DNA of 64,000 nucleotides, taken from contig NC_134468.1 of assembly GCF_964194025.1 (NCBI RefSeq), forward strand, positions 46,128,001 through 46,192,000. Reading direction: 5' to 3'. The stretch is from Convolutriloba macropyga. Lineage: Eukaryota. A program made the translations under genes and the position numbers. Positions 1 through 10,827 of this stretch are shown here, in pieces; position 1 is the stretch's first letter, and every line of letters begins with the position of its first letter. The notes below the pieces were generated by a model. It did no database searches and was not told where the DNA came from. It saw nothing but the letters and a program-made list of their open reading frames with translations.

Positions 1-1
1 A

Positions 2-190
2 ATTGTCAAAAAAGACGAAGCCTTCAGGAAAGGGTATAAACAATCTTTCACCGACGAAGTTTTTGAAGTAGAAAGCTTAGCAACCTTTAATCCGCCAACG
101 TATTCACTTATTGATGCAAACGGTGAAAAAATTGATGGTAAATTTTATCAACCAGAGTTACAGCTTGTTCGTGTAGAGAAAAATGAGTGA
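2..190 (+). CDS. Polinton/Maverick retroviral-like integrase, C-terminal end (5' truncated by window)
   Basis: Frame 2 reads IVKKDEAFRKGYKQSFTDEVFEVESLATFNPPTYSLIDANGEKIDGKFYQPELQLVRVEKNE*. F-x-K-G-Y...E-x-F...P-x-T-Y-x-L-x-D-x-x-G-E-x-I-x-G-x-F-Y-x-x-E-L is the typical Polinton integrase C-terminal signature. Confidence 0.85.
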   Translation: MVKKDEAFRKGYKQSFTDEVFEVESLATFNPPTYSLIDANGEKIDGKFYQPELQLVRVEKNE

Positions 191-1070
191 AAACCGTTTC
201 ACCGATGAATTCACTGTGCATGTTATTTCATCTGCTTCAATGGAAATTTTTGACTCTAACACTCTCAGTTCAATTCGAAACTTTTTCAATGATGAAATTC
301 AACTCGCTGGTGACTGGAGAGTAGCTCTCAGTGAGATCATTTTCCCCACAAAAATTGAGCATATTGTAAATGGAGACATGGTAGTATATAGCTTAAAAGG
401 GTACGAAGACAGCCAGAAAAGGGCTACCGAAGCCAATGTGATCTCTCGTCCGTATAACGGTGAAAAATTGTCTATCATGACAGGAACTTATAACTCAGTT
501 GTTGACATACTAACTACTATCAAACGAACTGTTGGACTACCTAACTTTTCATTCAGAGAGATCAAGAAAACTGGAAAGTTTGAAATTTTGATGGGGAAAA
601 ATGAAGGAATTACTTTTCCCAGTAAAGAAATTCCCAGCATTATTGGTTTTTCGGGCATTCCAGATGGCAGTGGAGTACACATAGGGTACAAAATGAAAAG
701 CGCAACATCAAACAGACTAATGAAGAGTGATGAAACGGCAGCATACTATGGAGATTTTCCCGTTGATCTTTGCTCGGGAAAGCACTTAATTTTTATATAT
801 ACGAACATTATTGAGTACCAGTACGTCGGTGATACAAAAGCCCCCTTGCTTCGAGTCATTGATTCAAAACAACGTCTGAAAAACGGTAGTGTCTGCGAGC
901 TTGAACCAACTCATCGAAATGTTTTTTCCAATTTAGATTACAAAAAACTCTTATCAAACACCATACAATCAATATCGATTGAGCTTCGCACAGAAACGGG
1001 AGAATTGGTTCCCTTTTCGGGAACCGGTAAAGTCATTTTAACCCTTCAGTTCAAAAAAATTTCCAATTAG
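183..1070 (+). CDS. Polinton/Maverick (adintovirus-like) minor capsid protein / penton
   Basis: Intact 295-aa ORF. N-terminal FTVHVISSAS...NTLSS...IQLAGDWRVALSEIIFP and C-terminal IFIYTNIIEYQYVGDTKAPLLRVI...ISIELRTETGELVPF...VILTLQF match recalled Polinton penton motifs; it lies directly after the integrase. Confidence 0.85.
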   Translation: MSENRFTDEFTVHVISSASMEIFDSNTLSSIRNFFNDEIQLAGDWRVALSEIIFPTKIEHIVNGDMVVYSLKGYEDSQKRATEANVISRPYNGEKLSIMTGTYNSVVDILTTIKRTVGLPNFSFREIKKTGKFEILMGKNEGITFPSKEIPSIIGFSGIPDGSGVHIGYKMKSATSNRLMKSDETAAYYGDFPVDLCSGKHLIFIYTNIIEYQYVGDTKAPLLRVIDSKQRLKNGSVCELEPTHRNVFSNLDYKKLLSNTIQSISIELRTETGELVPFSGTGKVILTLQFKKISN

Positions 1071-1071
1071 C

Positions 1072-1287
1072 ATGGACTCTTATTACGCTAACCAAGCAAC
1101 ATCCTTACCACATTTCTCTGGCCACTACCGGCAAAGAGGCAGTGGTTTTGGTGCATTAGCTGCGGGAATTGGGCGGGTCGCTTTGCCCCTAGCTCGACGT
1201 TTCATTCTTCCTACTGCAAAACGTATTGGAAAAGAACTTTTAAAGCAAAGTGTTCCAGAGCTGCTAGACGTTGTCAGCAGTAAAAAA
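1072..1287 (+). CDS. Polinton/Maverick small basic core-like protein (adenovirus pVII/pX-like), truncated by N-gap
   Basis: MDSYYANQA...HFSGHYRQRGSGFGALAAGIGRVALPLARRFILPTAKRIG. The YYxxQ...QRGxG motif followed by an amphipathic basic helix is characteristic of Maverick small structural proteins. Gap from 1288. Confidence 0.7.
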
Positions 1288-2049
1288 NNNNNNNNNNNNN
1301 NNNNNNNNNNNNNNNNNNNNNNNNNNNNNNNNNNNNNNNNNNNNNNNNNNNNNNNNNNNNNNNNNNNNNNNNNNNNNNNNNNNNNNNNNNNNNNNNNNNN
1401 NNNNNNNNNNNNNNNNNNNNNNNNNNNNNNNNNNNNNNNNNNNNNNNNNNNNNNNNNNNNNNNNNNNNNNNNNNNNNNNNNNNNNNNTAACCAATAACAG
1501 TCGAGCAAGGTCTTTCCATGAGTCCACCATTTGTCTCTTCACATAACCAACAAAGTCGAAAAAAGGTCTTTTCATTGGTCCAACATTAGTCTTTTCATGT
1601 ACTCTTTATGTTTATGCCTCTATACTCAGCACGTATGGTACTTCATTTTTTACGATTTTCAAGAACCAAAATCCCTCAAAAACCTGCATTGTTTTTGAAG
1701 AAATGATAGTTCGAAATTTTGGGAGGGAATGCAAACTTAATAAAGCTACATTTTTTGTCATGGCTAATGGTAACGGGACAGCCAAACTAAGGCTACCTGG
1801 TTTCATTCAACTAATTAATGTGGTAATATACTCCACGTGGCATAATGTGGCAACTCTTTTTCTCAAGAGTTGACAAAGTTCTCAAGTCTTTTACCAGCTT
1901 TCCAACTGTTTCGTAAGTTGGACTGCTTTGGTGCAATGCTGTTCAGTCTTGCTCTGTTGCTGCAGAAAAAAATGAAAAATTCCGAATTGGCAAAAAAGCA
2001 GACTAAGAGAAAGGCCAATGGTGCACCCATGAAAATGCCTTGACTCGAG

Positions 2050-3300
2050 TTGTTGGTTATGAAAAGACTATTGGTGGATCCATGAAAAGACCTGTTCCAT
2101 CAGTTCTATCTTGTGCATTTTGGCAAGCACCTCAAGCTGAGTGTTTGTTGTTCCGACCCCTCTTGAGGGGGAATGAACTATATACTCAAACGGTTTTTTT
2201 TGTTCATTCAATTTTGGCCGATCGAAATATTCATCGTAGAGAGTTGAGACTGGTATCATTGGAAAGCTTGTTCAGCGTAGAATATGGAATTAAAAAGATT
2301 TTTTAAATTTTTGTTTTTTACAGGGAGTTATTGAGGTTTAAATTTTGAGAAAATAGTAAAAATTCCGGCGGTATTTTATTCACTTATTCAGGAATTTTTG
2401 AATAAAACTTCGCCAATTTTGCTACAATTTGTTAATTTTTTTGAAAGTGTTCTGTTGATTTCTATTTATAAAAACAAAAAACACAAGAATATTGTTGGCT
2501 ATTTTTATTTTTTTTTGTCAGAAATTCTGGCTAAATATTTCAAAATTAAGACTTTTTCTTCAAAAACAGCACGAAATAAGTTTCTCTAGTCCATTTTGAT
2601 TAAATTTACAGGAAGTACAGACCCAAACACCACTAACGCATTTTTTGTAGACTCAAAAAGGGGCTTTTTTTACTTCAAATTCCTTTGAGAGTGCTCTGTA
2701 ATTAAAACTTAGCCGTTTTTTTGCTAAATTTATTAGTTGATTATCAAACACGCAGCATCTATTTTTGATTTTTTAACTAACAAAAAATCAATATCTATAA
2801 CATTCGAATAATTAAGTGCTCTTAAAGAACAAACAGCATTAGCAGGGCTAGATTGGGACCAATTTTGTCAAAAATAATTCTTATTGTAAACAGTCGGTCT
2901 TTTTTATAAAAAAATTCAATCTCTTCTACAAAAATTAAATAACAGAACATTTCAAAAAAAAAGCTCACTAATGATATTTCCATTTGGGTTCCTAATTAGC
3001 TCCACATTTTTTCATCTAGCTGATTACTTGAAAGCTTATGGTCGTTTTGACTTTTAAAACATTTTATTTTCAAATAAATAATGACTTATTGAACTTTTGC
3101 CTCTACTGTTCTCTTTCATTGGTCAACTTGTAGCTCATTGTCCGCAATGTAAGAATGCCTCTTTTTCTTTTTGAAATCAAATTCAATCTCTTTTGCAGTT
3201 TTACGCCTTAAGTTATGGCTACTGGCTTTGACACAAGTAGATTTCAAATTTTCTTAATTTTTAGGTTTTTGCTCATTTTTCACGTTTTATAGTTTTGTCA
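2050..3300 (-). repeat. Diverged interspersed repeat, inverted copy of ~6380-7560
   Basis: Reverse complement of ~2100-2300 aligns by eye to ~7345-7550. gcagcatctatttttgat (~2752) pairs with atcaaaaatagatgttgc (~6886). ~3120-3280 matches ~6405-6580. Family not recognised. Confidence 0.6.
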
Positions 3301-3390
3301 CATTATCACCTTACTGACAGTTCCTATATCACATTATTGGCTTTCAAAGTAAGGCAAAATCGATATTATTAAAATGCTTGAAGACATAGA

Positions 3391-3916
3391 TTATGATTTT
3401 AACGGCTTCAACACTACTTTCTCGAAAAATTTTGTTGAATGAATCATCCATCGCTTGCCAAAGGTCCTTGAAAGGCTGTTTCTCGATTCGGAAATGTGGG
3501 TAATTACTCTTGAAAATGCGAAGACCTTCAGTTTTGAGGCATAGATCGAGTAGTGATACGGCTTTTTGTTTGCAGAGTTCCCAGGGTTTATCCCCACATA
3601 AGACACCAATTTCGTCTATCTTTTTGCATCTGTTTTGTCAGTTTACTTTTAATTGTTGGTTGCGGACTTTTTGGTCTCTCTCGGTTGCTTGTGTGTTGTT
3701 CTTCACAGGCTCTTCATAGGTCGGTTCCGGCGGGTACGTTACTGCTGACGGTGGTCGATGATCAAATTGTCTTGTTGGATCCTTTCTTTCGCCAACAATG
3801 ATAACTTTATTGTTGTGTCCACTTGTCCCACGGAAGTGGAGGTGTGACAGTCGGTTTCTCCCAGAAAGCGTCAATGTGGAGAGGAGTCTTTTAGAGTCAG
3901 CTGCTAACTGCGCCAT
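3391..3916 (-). mobile_element. Ty3/gypsy (Mag-like) gag fragment with PBS; LTR begins at 3916 (far end not defined)
   Basis: Minus strand ...AACA|TGGCGCAGTT (LTR end plus PBS). Peptide TYPPEPTYEE...TERDQKVRNQQLK resembles the gag at 35114-35533 (LPPELNYEE...KRDRRVQNKQLK). Confidence 0.65.
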
Positions 3917-5091
3917 GTTATTCTCGATTGTTTCTTGTCAAACCAATTGAGTAGCGAATTACTTTAGACAAATTTTGAATTGGTCAATTGCGTCGCGTTT
4001 GACTGCCTAATATTTAATATTGAAACATTAGATTGTAAGATTGGGTATTTGCGACGCGAATGGCTCATTTGATCTGAGCTAGCTAATTTGAAAAGCGTTG
4101 ATCTAACTTTTAATTACAACTGAATAGCAGCAGTGAAAATGGGAAGAATGAAATTAAATTAAGACAAAATGTTAATCACACTTAAGGGAGTTCTTGAAAT
4201 TTGTTTACATGCATGAACAGACAGTTTCCTGTCTAGAATTTGAACAGACATCGAAACTAACTAAAATATGTATGACGAACTGAATAAAACATATGAAGAA
4301 CTAAATGGAAGCATCTGCCCTTGAAATGGTGTATATAAGATAAGATGAACTAGAAAACGGTGATAGATATTCTAAGCATAATATCCATCCCGTATGACAG
4401 TATTGAAAGAATGGAGTATTTGAGATAGATTAAATAAACTGCAACGGTTATGCTAAAGCTCATCTGCTCCTGAAATCAGTTATGTGATGATGAAATGTTG
4501 ATTTAATTCAAAAGATAAAGGCTGTTTTTTGTTGCTGTCTTAAATGCCCTGAACAAAACTTAGAGCAGCCACAAACCACTAAGTTGTGCGAATGAGAGAT
4601 TAAAAAAATTACGAAATTAACTCTCTTTTATATAACTACCAGCATTCATAATTGTTGTGTAAAAAATTACCTACTATCACATCTAATTATTTCTAAAGTG
4701 CTGTTCATAACATAGAGTGGTTTTCACAAATTCAAAACATTTGCTTTTCCAGCTGAACTCAAAGAAAAATTCTATCTTTTTCTCCAGGAAACCAGAAACC
4801 AGCTCCAGGCAAACTAGTGCGATTTCCTTCTGAGATCTTGCAGAATTTTTGTTTAGTACAGGTAACTGCCAAAGTCTTGTAAGACTTGAAAATAACGGTT
4901 ATCTGCTAAAAGGCAAGATTGTAACGGTTATGTGCTTAGATTCCTACAAGAATTTTACCAGATAACCATCATAAGACGTTTCATTTTAAATTGAAATAAT
5001 TTAATAGAACATTGTGATATGCACTATTTTCCACCGTTCTGGACTTGGATCTTAATTTAAAAACTTGGTTTCTTTACATTTTGTGTTACAG

Positions 5092-5327
5092 GATATATAT
5101 AAAAATGAGTCTATATTTTATAGTGCCGCGAGATGCGACGGAGGTAAAGTACGAATCGTTCGACCGACAGATAGTGGATGGTGAGTCTGGCACAGTGTCC
5201 AGCTGGTCATCTCTCCTCACACTCAGACTGTCCTGCTCCTTCAACGTGTCCCATTTTCCCTTCGACTCTCAATCTTGTGAGATCCGGCTGTCTCAGTGGG
5301 TGGCTGACAAAAGAATGTACAAAATAG
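5092..5327 (+). CDS. Cys-loop ligand-gated ion channel (nAChR-like) exon containing the Cys-loop
   Basis: ttacag|...|gtgcat splice sites. Encodes LSCSFNVSHFPFDSQSCEIRLSQW (C-x13-C with FPFD). Phase-1 end joins the 8665 exon in frame. Confidence 0.9.
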
Positions 5328-6379
5328 GTGCATTTTATTTAGTATCCTTCAAAGCGCGGAACTTATTCTGTTCCTCTAACCAACCCCCAGATTGGTGGGC
5401 GTGACACTTTAGCGAAGTCCAAACCCAGGCGCTGTTTTCTTACATAGTAGAGTATTATAAATATACACCGTTTTTTTTCGGGTGAGATATAAGAGGCACG
5501 GAGGGGCTGGAAACAAAATATATTCAATACGCCTTGTAATTTTCCAGACAGAAAAAAATCATTTCCACATAGTTTAACCAATAGTGGGAAATGACTTCAA
5601 TATGGAATGCTGAATGAAAACAGCTGTATAATTCACAAGTTTTCCCATCAATTAGAACTGTATCGCTTCCCATGTCGAGGCGTGCGTTATTGATCAGAAA
5701 ACTATAAATTAATGAGCATTTGGCGTGTAATCTTTATCAAATGGACGGACGGCCTATTAAGTCTGGCTAAAATCTGATCAATAAGTATGAAAAGTCTTAC
5801 TCTAAAAAAGCGAAAGTCAGATCAATAACAAATCATTGGTGGATCAGAAGTGAGTTGTATTTCTCAAAGTTGGACCAATAGCGAGCTAACAGTTTTCCAA
5901 TTCTCAACTTTTATTTCAAATAAGCAGCAGGGAGGCTCGGTAATGAGCGTTTGCACATAATGTTCAGACCCCGCTGATCCGCATTTTTGGCTAAATCGTC
6001 TAGCAAATCACCAACAGATAGAAAGTTTTCAAAAATTCAAATATTGTTTAAAATTAATTGGCGTATAAACTAAAAAATGCTTCCTACTCAATTAAAAAAA
6101 ATAGAAAATAACAAAATCAAAATAGCGTCAACTCAGCAAAACTCAACTAAACGAACTAAATTGTACTCTACAAAAAGACGGACCGGTCCATAATGAAACT
6201 AAGTAACACGTAGAAAAAAAAGAACAGAAACGGCAAATTTTTAAAAAAAATAGACTTATATTTTTCGAAAACAAATTATTTCAGATAATGAAAACCATAT
6301 GATGTCAACTAAAAGGTCTAATGGGATTATTTATTTCTACAAAGAAAGCCATTGAGATCTGTCATTTTTCAGAACATGT

Positions 6380-7560
6380 CATGCGTCTACGAAAAGAACG
6401 ACAAATACAGACAAAAATCAAAAGTTAAATTAAAATTTCGTGGTATCAAAGCCGCAGTATCTCGTAGTATCAAAGCCGAAAGCAACTAAAACGTAAAACC
6501 TCAATAAATATCAAGATTTAGTCCAGTGGAAAGTCGATGTGAGCTGTTTTTGCTGACTTTAAGCAACAAATTGACTAAAAACAGAAAAAAAATGGCAAAG
6601 CTTCATAATCCACTGTTTGTTTTGAAAAAAAAGTCGTTTTCAACGTCAAAACGGAAATAGGCTGTCCAATAAAAAACTAGATGTTTAGCTTGAAACTCCT
6701 CGGACAACTAATTTGACCTGTCATTTCCAAGGCCTTGATTTTTTCATTGTGTTGTTCTGAAATTAATGGAATGTAAAAAACTACGGTTAAACTCAAATTA
6801 GACTTGCTATTGCTCGTCATCCATTAGGAGCATGCAATTTTTTGAAATGTTGCGGCTATTGATTATTTGACAAAAAAGTCAGCATATCAAAAATAGATGT
6901 TGCTTTTGATAGCTATAGTGTTAAATTAGGAAGAAAACCGGCACAATATTAATTCAAGAACATTCAAAGAAAAGGCAAGTTAAACTAGCCATCTTCGGAT
7001 TTAGTGGAAATTGTGTCAAGTTTTTTGGTGTGTTAATCCAACAAATATAAACCAATTGGACTAAAGCAGCTGATTTCGCGCGGATTCCTATGATGATAAA
7101 GGCTAAGTTTTCAAAAGTTCAGCAAAAATTTTCGGCCGTTTAGCGCCAAAATTGGATAGAACAATTCAAGAACACTTTTCGATCATTAGAAGTAAAAATA
7201 ACAACAACGCCATTTTTGACCTTTCAACATATTTTTAAGCAAAATTGTTAAAAAAATGCGTCCAAGTACTGAAATTGTGAACAAAAACAACGAAAATCAG
7301 TCAATTGTTCACAAAACTTCAAAAGACGATTTCTCTATGGAATAAACGTCCTTTCAAGTTTATGTTTCACGCTGGACAGGCTTTCTACTGACACCACTCA
7401 CAAAGCTCTACAATGATTATATCGATCGCGCAAAACTGACTGAACAAAAATCCATTTGGGTATTTAGTTCTCCCCCCCCCCCCCCCCCACTAAATTGGGT
7501 CGGAACAAAAAGATTATATCATTTCGCTTACCTTGCACAATGATGCGAGAAGCTCCAAGT
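6380..7560 (+). repeat. Diverged interspersed repeat, inverted partner of 2050-3300
   Basis: See 2050-3300; colinear reverse-complement similarity. Confidence 0.6.
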
Positions 7561-8664
7561 GATGCCTCACTGCCTCCGAACAGAACCAAAAATAAAAAGT
7601 GGGATCATTGCGAATCTTTGGTTTCAAAAACTGAACAGATTTGAACAATCTAGAGTGCCCGAAATAATTGGCATTTACATTTTTTTGGCATTTGATATGC
7701 TCGCTTTCAAATTTTTAATTGGTGAATATGCTCCATGCACTCACATGAGAGGTTTCACAGAGCAAACACGATAATATATGAATTGGACACTATGACTCAT
7801 ACAGGGTAAAAGTGTAAAGAGAAAAAATTGCATAAAAACTTCTTTTAATGATTGTTCAATACCTTAAAGCTTTTTAAAGCTGTTAAATGGGTAAATTGAG
7901 CATTATTTTCTTTTTCAAGAAAAATTAATAAAATATTTGAAATGCTAACACTTTGCTTATCATGTTTAATGTTTTTGTCTTGTCATGACAGTCCTCAAAC
8001 TAACTAAAAAGAGGCAAGTGGAAATTGAGCTAAAATGCCGATAGTTGACCTCTGAAAGTGAGCTAAAGTTTGATTATTGTTGATTAGCGTGTTGGTGAGT
8101 CTGATCATGGAAACCTCACAAAACAAAGTTGAAATGAGCTAAAGAAAAGCGAGCTGAAAAAAATCTGACCATGACCAATTACTGTTTCGATTGGTCTGAC
8201 TATTAACCAGCTCCTCTATCTGGTTTACGCTTTTAACTGAAGAGTCATCAAAGCCTATTGAACTACTTTGCTATTTCAGTTCAATTCTATTTTTTTTCTA
8301 TTTAAGAGCAAATGTCATGAGAGGATGAGGGAATCATTTCTAATAATTAACGAAACCAGAGATACAAGAAACCTGGGATATTCTTTCTATCTTTCTATTT
8401 TTCCCTAAAGTTATCCGAGATGGGATTCCTTAGAGTCCCATTGATGAATCATGGTTGTTTCATAGAAGCCCAACAATGGATCATATTATGCTGCATTACA
8501 GTTTTACCGTGAACATAAGAAATTCTTGCAAGATATAATGATTGTTATCAATTACTCTGGATCATTAAAGTTGTGATTTTACATTGAAAACGCGAGATCA
8601 TAGAAATTCCTCATGCATTCCGCCGTTAATAACACCATAGTTTTTTGGAGGGATTTATTTGCAG

Positions 8665-8927
8665 ATTTCAATCCCATAGTGACAGACCAATTGGCCTCGT
8701 CCTCCCAATTCTACAAGGAACACGAGCAGTGGAAGCTGCTGAGACCAGTGACAGTAGAGGTGGTCGAAGCACCCATCCTAACACAGCACCCCAGTCAAGA
8801 GTTTGTGATGCACCTTCAACTGGAAAGGAGGTCTCTATTCTATTCTGTGTTCCTCCTCTGCCCCAATCTCATTCTATACGCACTCACTAACTTGGTGTAC
8901 TTGCTGCCCGTTGAATCTGGTGAAAAG
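8665..8927 (+). CDS. nAChR-like exon: end of ligand-binding domain, M1, GEK
   Basis: ttgcag|AT...GAAAAG|gtaagc. Encodes EQWKLL...HLQLERRSLFYSVFLLCPNLILYALTNLVYLLPVESGEK. Confidence 0.92.
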
Positions 8928-9129
8928 GTAAGCTCATTGAGATAAAGTTTAAGGACTATTTTTTTTAAAAAAATCCACTTTTTTCTGCTATTTATAAACT
9001 AAATTTCAGAACTAATGCATTGCGAAGCGAAATACACTTTATATATATTAATACTGGATTTATAGTTAGATTTATGCGCACATGATCAAATTTCTTCGTC
9101 TTTTTACGTTGCTATTAAGGTCTGGTTTT

Positions 9130-10050
9130 CCCCAGTGATCTTGAAATTTTGACCGTGTAAAGTCTGATAAGATGCTGATCAAAGATCTTTATCGAGTAAG
9201 ATCTTATATGGTCTTACACAATAAAAATTCTGCCCTACGTGAACTTTAATTGTGTAAGATCTGATAAGATACTTATAAGATCTTATGAGATAATAATTAA
9301 GTTTTGCTGAATTGTTATCTTATAAGATCTGATGAGTATCTTATCAGATCTTACACGCTAGAAGTTCACGTAGAGAAGAATTTTTGTAGTGTAAGATCTG
9401 ATAAGACATCTTTTAACGATTTCGATATTGCCGTATAACGTAGTCAAGTTTTATTTTGAGTCTCAACTAGGTACTATGGCCCAACTTAGCAGTCCAAGAT
9501 AGTTTTGGTCTTTGAAAAAAAATTTTGCAGCCTAGTTTGATTATCACCGTTTCTGAAACAGTCCCTTCTATTTGAATAACCTTTTTTCAAAATATCTTAT
9601 TAGTCTCGGAAGACAATATAAGATACTGGTCGATGTTGCTCCGACACTTAAGCGTTGAATGTTGTAGCTTTTTGGCTACTGTTTGAACGCAACTCTGAAT
9701 TGTCTTCAATTCGAAGAGGATGCCAGACTTAAAGATTTTTTATCGTATAAGATTTGATAAAAATCTTATCGAAAAAGATGAATCATATTTTTCCGAATGT
9801 TTATCTTAAAAGATCTTATATGGTTCTTATAAGATCTTACACGATAAACATTTTTGTCAGGTAGAATTTTTATCGAGTAAGATCTTGTAAAGCAGAATTT
9901 TTATCGGCTAAAATCTTGTAAGGCAGAATTTTTATCGTGTAAGATCTGACAAATGTGAACATTTATCATGTAAGACTTGATCAGATCTGATAAAATTTCT
10001 TTATCGTGTAAGACCTGTTAAATTGTCTTACAAAATCTTAGTCAGGCAAA
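9130..10050. repeat. Non-autonomous DNA-transposon-like region with many TAAGATCTTA(T) palindromic subrepeats
   Basis: Many taagatct/agatctta motifs in both orientations; begins at cccagtg; boundaries approximate. Confidence 0.5.
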
Positions 10051-10284
10051 AGTTAGATCTGCGCATTTGCCTTGATTGCTAGATTGTTACGTTTTTTATG
10101 AGATAATTCGACCCATTAACAGCGAAAACACATAAGCATTAGTTTGATCACACATGCTAACGAAAATAATAATTTTGTTTTAAGGAAACAGTTCCAAATT
10201 TCAACATATATATTATTATTGGAATCAATTTTGATTTTATCATGCACAAATCTCTATTTTGTTGTTTTTATTTGTATTCTGTAG

Positions 10285-10441
10285 GTGTCTTTTGCGGTGA
10301 CCCTTCTTCTGACAGAGGTGGTGACCTTTGGGACCCTGAGCAACATCTTCCCTGCCACCTGTATCAACTTCCCCATCATGGCTTGCTTCATTCTAACTGT
10401 CATTTTCCACATGGCATGCTCCTGCATTGGCGCTACCATTG
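10285..10441 (+). CDS. nAChR-like exon: M2 and M3
   Basis: ctgtag|GTG...ATTG|gtaaac. Encodes VSFAVTLLLTEVVTFGTLSNIFPATCINFPIMACFILTVIFHMACSCIGATI; phases match both neighbours. Confidence 0.92.
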
Positions 10442-10827
10442 GTAAACTAAATTTCCATATCGCTATCCAACAGTTTTCTGCGCAATAGATGCCAAATTTA
10501 ACGCAACACATACTCGTGTCCACCAATAATTTGTAACGACTATAGGTAAATATAGCAGTAAAATTTTCTGTAGTGAGTTTTCCTAATAAAATTCGAGAAA
10601 TTGCTTGCGGTAAATGCTGGCAGTGATCTTGATAAATAGTAAGATCATCGCACTAGAGACGTTAAGGTGATCAGACGCAGTTATGCTGCATTTACCGCGA
10701 CCGCAAAATGAGTAAACAATAAGAACAATCTCATGTAAAAGCAAGGTGACAAGCATGCCACTCAGCCTCTGCCCTTGAAGTAAAAATTAATTCAAGAAAT
10801 GAGAAAAACCCTTGTTTCCTAAGAAAA

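Noticed and set aside
1125-1575. ORFs spanning the first gap, including the 141-aa length of ORF 1072-1497
   Set aside because: Open only because of 200 Ns; sequence after the gap shows no Maverick similarity.
5920-5990. Possible tRNA-derived SINE head
   Set aside because: Only a weak B-box-like gttcagaccc; insufficient support.
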